A stretch of DNA of 52,993 nucleotides, the filler included, from Squatina squatina (taxonomy: Eukaryota): NCBI GenBank assembly GCA_031763465.1. It is 3 parts of 3 records of this genome, joined end to end, with 100 filler letters (N's around TTAATTAATTAA, not from the genome) between each part and the next. Parts side by side here need not be neighbours in the genome. Positions count along the whole stretch, not along the records: positions 36,020 to 52,993 come from JARFOE010000036.1; 2 more parts are not named here. One strand, written 5' to 3'. This document shows, one piece after another, positions 48,545-52,993 of this stretch (its first letter is position 1; the number at the start of each line of letters is the position of its first letter). A model generated the notes under the pieces. The model was not told the origin of the DNA. It did no database searches and saw only the letters and a program-made list of their open reading frames with translations. The translations under genes were made by a program, and so were the position numbers.

Positions 48545-49809
48545 ATCACTGTGTGCATTCCTTGGCAACTATATTCAAACTCTTAGCATCTTTTTATTCA
48601 GTACTGGTTGTGTTACATGGGTTCCTTAGTGTCTATAGCCTGTACTGGATGCTCAGACGCTCACTGAAGCAATATTCTTTTGAAACTGTTCGAGAGGAAA
48701 GTAGCTACAGGGATATTCCGGACATTATAAATGACTTTGCATTCATTCTTCACTTATCAGACCAGTATGATCCCCTTTATTCGAAGCGATTCTCAGTTTT
48801 CCTCTCAGAGGTCAGTGAAAACAAACTGAAACAGATTAGCCTTAACCTGGAGTGGACAGCAGAGAGATTAAAGCACAAGCTGCAGAAAAACTCTCAGGAC
48901 AAGGTAGAGTTGTCCATGTTCATGTTGAGTGGACTCCCAGATGCTGTCTTTGAACTTAAAGAACTTGAAGTGCTAAAGCTGGAGCTCATCACTGAAGCCA
49001 AATTCCTAGCAGCAATGTCTCAGCTTACCAACCTTAAAGAGTTACACCTTTACCACACACCAACCACTGTGGATCCACAGGCACTGAATTGCTTATCCGA
49101 AAATCTGCAGATATTGCACGTCAAGTTCACTGATATTGGTGAGATCCCCCTGTGGGTGTACTCACTGAAAAACCTGGTGGAGCTGCATCTTTCCGGCAAT
49201 CTCAACTCTGAAACCAACAAGGCCATTGGACTAGAGTCCCTGAAGGAGCTGAGACATCTCAAAATTCTCATCCTGAAAAGCAATCTCTCCAAAATCCCCT
49301 CAAATGTTATGGAGCTCGCTACTCACTTGTCCAAGTTGGTCATTCAGAACGATGGCACAAAGTTACTGGTCCTCAACAACCTGAAGAAGCTGGCCAACCT
49401 GTCTGAGCTTGAGCTGCAGAACTGTGAGCTGGAGAGAATCCCACATGCAATATTCAGCCTGGCTAGCCTTCAGAAACTAGACTTGAAATCCAATAACATT
49501 CAAACCATCGAGGAGATCATTAGCTTCCAGCACCTCAAGAGGCTGTCCTGCCTCAAACTTTGGCACAACTCCATCCTCTCAATCCCAACAACCATCAGCC
49601 TCATCAAAAACCTTGAGCAGCTTTTCCTCTCCAATAACAAACTTGAGTCCTTACCCAATGCTCTCTTCACCCTGAGAAAGCTCAGGTACCTGGACTTCAG
49701 CCACAATCTCCTCACTGCTATCCCGCCAGACATTCACCTGCTCCAGAACCTGCAGCACTTCTTCATCACCAAGAACAAAGTGGAGACCCTGTCTGTCCAG
49801 CTCTTCCTC
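48545..49809 (+). CDS. Second LRRC8 gene, partial large exon (TM4, intracellular loop, LRR domain); LRRC8B-like 5' part and LRRC8D-like 3' part
   Basis: Open frame HCVHSLATIFKLLASFY...LKQYSF...DQYDPLYSKRF...LRRs...KVETLSVQLFL, followed by a GTAAGT donor at 49810. It re-encodes the TM4/IL2 region already present in 47518-48444 with a different sequence, so it is a distinct gene. Confidence 0.92.
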
Positions 49810-50591
49810 GTAAGTATAACTTCTCAGTTCGGGTATCACCTTTGTAAATCTTTTCTACACCTTNNNNNNNNNNNNNNNNNNNNNNNNNNNNNNNNNNNNN
49901 NNNNNNNNNNNNNNNNNNNNNNNNNNNNNNNNNNNNNNNNNNNNNNNNNNNNNNNNNNNNNNNTTTCCTCTCTTCATTTTTTGTTTCTCTCTCTCTCTCT
50001 CTCATCCTGTTTTTCATTGTTCCATTCTTTCCCCCCTTCGCCTTGTGTTTGTTTCTTGCGCTCTGATTACCCTTTGCTCTTTACCGCTCTCCTTCTCTCT
50101 TTACTCATTATCCTCACTTTTTTTTACTCACCACTCAAGCATACACTGGAGAGCCTGATCTCTGGCTGATGCATGTTACCTGTAGTTCTAATTGAAATGG
50201 CTGCTCTTCTGCATGACCACAGCATGCAGTCTTGGAATTTGCCCTATAGCATGACCGAGATAGAATGGCACTGTTATCCTTCTCTCCTCACAATGCAAAC
50301 AAATGTACATGTGTGCAAATTTATGAATGAATGTTCTATTTTCTAGCTGCAGTATTTCAGGGGGAAAAAGATCACCCATTCATGGATGGGTCAGTCGCCA
50401 TGACACGATTCCTCAACCTTGTTTAGCTTAGTGACTGTTGTTGATATTTTTATTTTTATTTTCTCCCAAATATTTTGAATTTGCCAGCAAACTGTTAAGT
50501 AAAACACAAGAATATGTGCGTATTGATTACAAAATTATTCTCCCCTTTCCCCTGTCGAAAACAGTCTATGTTTAGATGAATTTCATGAGAA

Positions 50592-50680
50592 AGTGGCTCA
50601 GTGGGCAGCACCTTGCCTCTGAGACAGAAGGTTGTGGGTTCAAGTCCCACTCCAGAGACTCGAGCATGAACTCCAGGCTG
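50592..50680 (+). mobile_element. tRNA-derived SINE 5' head with Pol III A and B boxes
   Basis: gtggctcagtgg (A box) ... ggttcaagtccc (B box), followed by SINE body actccagagact rather than a tRNA acceptor stem. Confidence 0.75.
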
Positions 50681-50866
50681 NNNNNNNNNNNNNNNNNNNN
50701 NNNNNNNNNNNNNNNNNNNNNNNNNNNNNNNNNNNNNNNNNNNNNNNNNNNNNNNNNNNNNNNNNNNNNNNNNNNNNNNNCACATTTCTAATATTACGAT
50801 TAAATGCTGTCAGTAGAGCTTATAATAACCATTCCATCACTGCTTCTGTTTGTGTGTTTGTGCCAG

Positions 50867-50980
50867 CGATATCAGGCTGAGATCAGTGACCTGGAAAACC
50901 TGGGCGAGATTGGCAGTGGCACGTGCGGGCAGGTCTGGAAAATGAGGTTCAAGAAATCAGGACACATAATTGCAGTGAAG
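50867..50980 (+). CDS. MAP2K7: MAP kinase kinase 7 exon (Gly-rich loop to VAVK lysine), RYQAEISDLENLGEIGSGTCGQVWKMRFKKSGHIIAVK
   Basis: CAG acceptor ending at 50866, GTACGT donor at 50981, 114 nt. Matches human RYQAEINDLENLGEMGSGTCGQVWKMRFRKTGHVIAVK. Confidence 0.96.
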
Positions 50981-52993
50981 GTACGTCAGTAAGGCACAGC
51001 CAGACAGGTTGAAGGGGAGCAGGATACATTCCTGTGTACTTCTGTGTTTAGTCCGGACTCCTCTTACTACTGGGATTGAAGAAAACATTTTTCTGTGACG
51101 TTTTTCAAAACTACATCAGCATTTTCAGTGGGCGAATGGTGTTGTTACAAGGCTTGTTTATTGATGACTGCGAGAGTATTGTCCTAAACGCACTGTGAAA
51201 ATCACCGAGTTCCCTTTTTAGCTGCACTGTGTGGAGAGAGAGTATTTTGCGCTGCATTGCTCGCGGCTGAAGTGCTGGTGGGAACAGCTGTCACTGAGGT
51301 GAGCAATTTGAAGGGATGGGTTACAAGTATCACAGAACATTGAAGTGTTTTTAGCTTAACTGTAGCTTTTTTCCCCCAGTCATTGCTCCATGTTAATATT
51401 CNNNNNNNNNNNNNNNNNNNNNNNNNNNNNNNNNNNNNNNNNNNNNNNNNNNNNNNNNNNNNNNNNNNNNNNNNNNNNNNNNNNNNNNNNNNNNNNNNNN
51501 NCTGTGTAAAAGCATCAGTGCAACTGTCCCTGTGGTACGGTTCTGTGTGAGAGCCTTGTTATGAGGGTGGAGTGTCCAAGTAAAGGTTCTGTCACAGCCT
51601 GCGGACCCACACTGAGATTGTGCAGTCCATGCTTCCCTTTCGACTGTTATAATTACAGAGAGCTGTTGCTTGAAATATAGGGGGAAAGGTATGTGAGAGA
51701 GTATGGGGAAGTGGGAAGGTACGAGAGCCGAGACTAAGGAGGATTGCTGAAGGAAATTTGATGGTAATATGATGTTTATTGATTGTTCTGTCTCCCCTTC
51801 ACACTGCTTTGCACAGGCCAGTTTTGCATTAAAAATTTATTTTTAAATATTCAGCTTCCCCAATCTGCAATTAAAGCTGTAACACAAGGGCAAGATTTGT
51901 TTGCTGATGTGTTGTCAGCACAAGAACATGGGAGGGAGAGAAGCCCATTTACCCCGTGGTGTACACTTCCCTCCCCCACCCCGCTTTCAGGGTCATTGTT
52001 TGTTTATTTTCCCACCCCAAACCCACATCACTTCACTCCCGCATGAATCGAAATGAATGCTGAGCGATTATTTCCTGCACATAAAGTTAGCACACTAAGA
52101 GTGTGTTCCACACTCTCAGGCTAAGTTAATCCTGAGGAAAGTTTTTAACTGGCTCCTGAGGTTCCAGGCTTTTTGCCATGAACCATCTGTGAAACATTTT
52201 CAATCCAGCTCAGAGAAATCTTGTAGTTTAGGCCTAATAAGATCAACAACAAAAAAGCCAAAGAAACTTATCACCCAATAGAAGCTTTGATCTTATTGGG
52301 AATTGTATCGCTTTAAAATGGCAGGTATTGACCACAACAGATTGTACTAGTAAGCTGCATCTTATGAAGCTGTTTGTTCGATTGGAGTTCTCTACCATGT
52401 ACGTGTAAAAGCGAATTCTGGACAACTGGAAACCTCGAACAATTTCACTGTCACAGCAACTCCGCAAGGCTTTCAATGTTGAACCCTAAAGCCTCAAAGT
52501 GACTTTGTGCAATATTAGTGTACAAACATGCTAATATAGCACACAATGCACGTACGTGTACGGTAACATGGCACTGTCTGATCAGTGTGCAGACACACTA
52601 AGTGTTTGTGCACGACAGCACAACTGCAAGGCCTGAGAAGGTGATCATTTCCGATGGGTTGTCGACTGTTAGTTCTCTTGACCCTTGCTATGGATAACGG
52701 CAATGGCTGTGGGGACTGCGTGTGAATGTGTGGAGGATCGGACCGCAGGTGAAACCATCTCCTAATGTTTCTATTTAATTTGAAATCCTCGGTACTGAAT
52801 GTGTTTCACAGGGACGAGCTGGCCAATAGTTTGTCAAACCCCCCTTTCTGATTGGACGTAAGCTCATGTTCATGATTCTGGTAGATATTGCAACCACAAT
52901 ATTTATATCAAATATGTTTCGATGGAGTCGGTAGTTGTAGAAATTTGAAACTTTCTCCCCCAAACGGCTGTGGGTGCCGGGGGTCAATTGGAG

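Noticed and set aside
47382-50169. A single LRRC8 gene spanning both long ORFs, including the ORF-track start MEWQSR and the hydrophobic C-terminal tail
   Set aside because: The two ORFs overlap in homology (both encode TM4 and the following loop) with different sequences, so they are two genes. The extensions run through N gaps or past the 49810 donor into intron.
50592-50680. tRNA gene
   Set aside because: It has A and B boxes but no acceptor stem, and it continues into SINE body. Related copies occur at 9475-9595 and near 47040-47088.

Overview
This is eukaryotic vertebrate genomic DNA, most likely a cartilaginous fish (shark), judged from its CR1/L2 LINE and tRNA-SINE repertoire. It comes from a fragmented, reference-ordered assembly with many 100-N placeholder gaps. 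Two artificial TTAATTAATTAA linkers (15901-15912 and 35964-35975) split the window into three blocks. Block 1 (1-15856) holds six exons of otoferlin (OTOF, + strand); one lacks about 47 nt and is frameshifted. Block 2 (15957-35919) is repeat-rich, with no recognisable gene and only weak candidate exons. Block 3 (36020-52993) holds exons of PNPLA6 (-) and PKN1 (-), two tandem LRRC8 volume-regulated anion channel genes (+), and MAP2K7 (+), plus a 1.4-kb array of a 28-bp minisatellite. The most interesting signal is the LRRC8 pair. An LRRC8D-like gene and a second gene sit in the PKN1/MAP2K7 neighbourhood, where humans have only LRRC8E. The second gene looks chimeric (LRRC8B-type membrane-proximal part, LRRC8D-type LRR domain) and has a shifted splice donor. 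All protein assignments rest on recalled human sequences, not on database searches.
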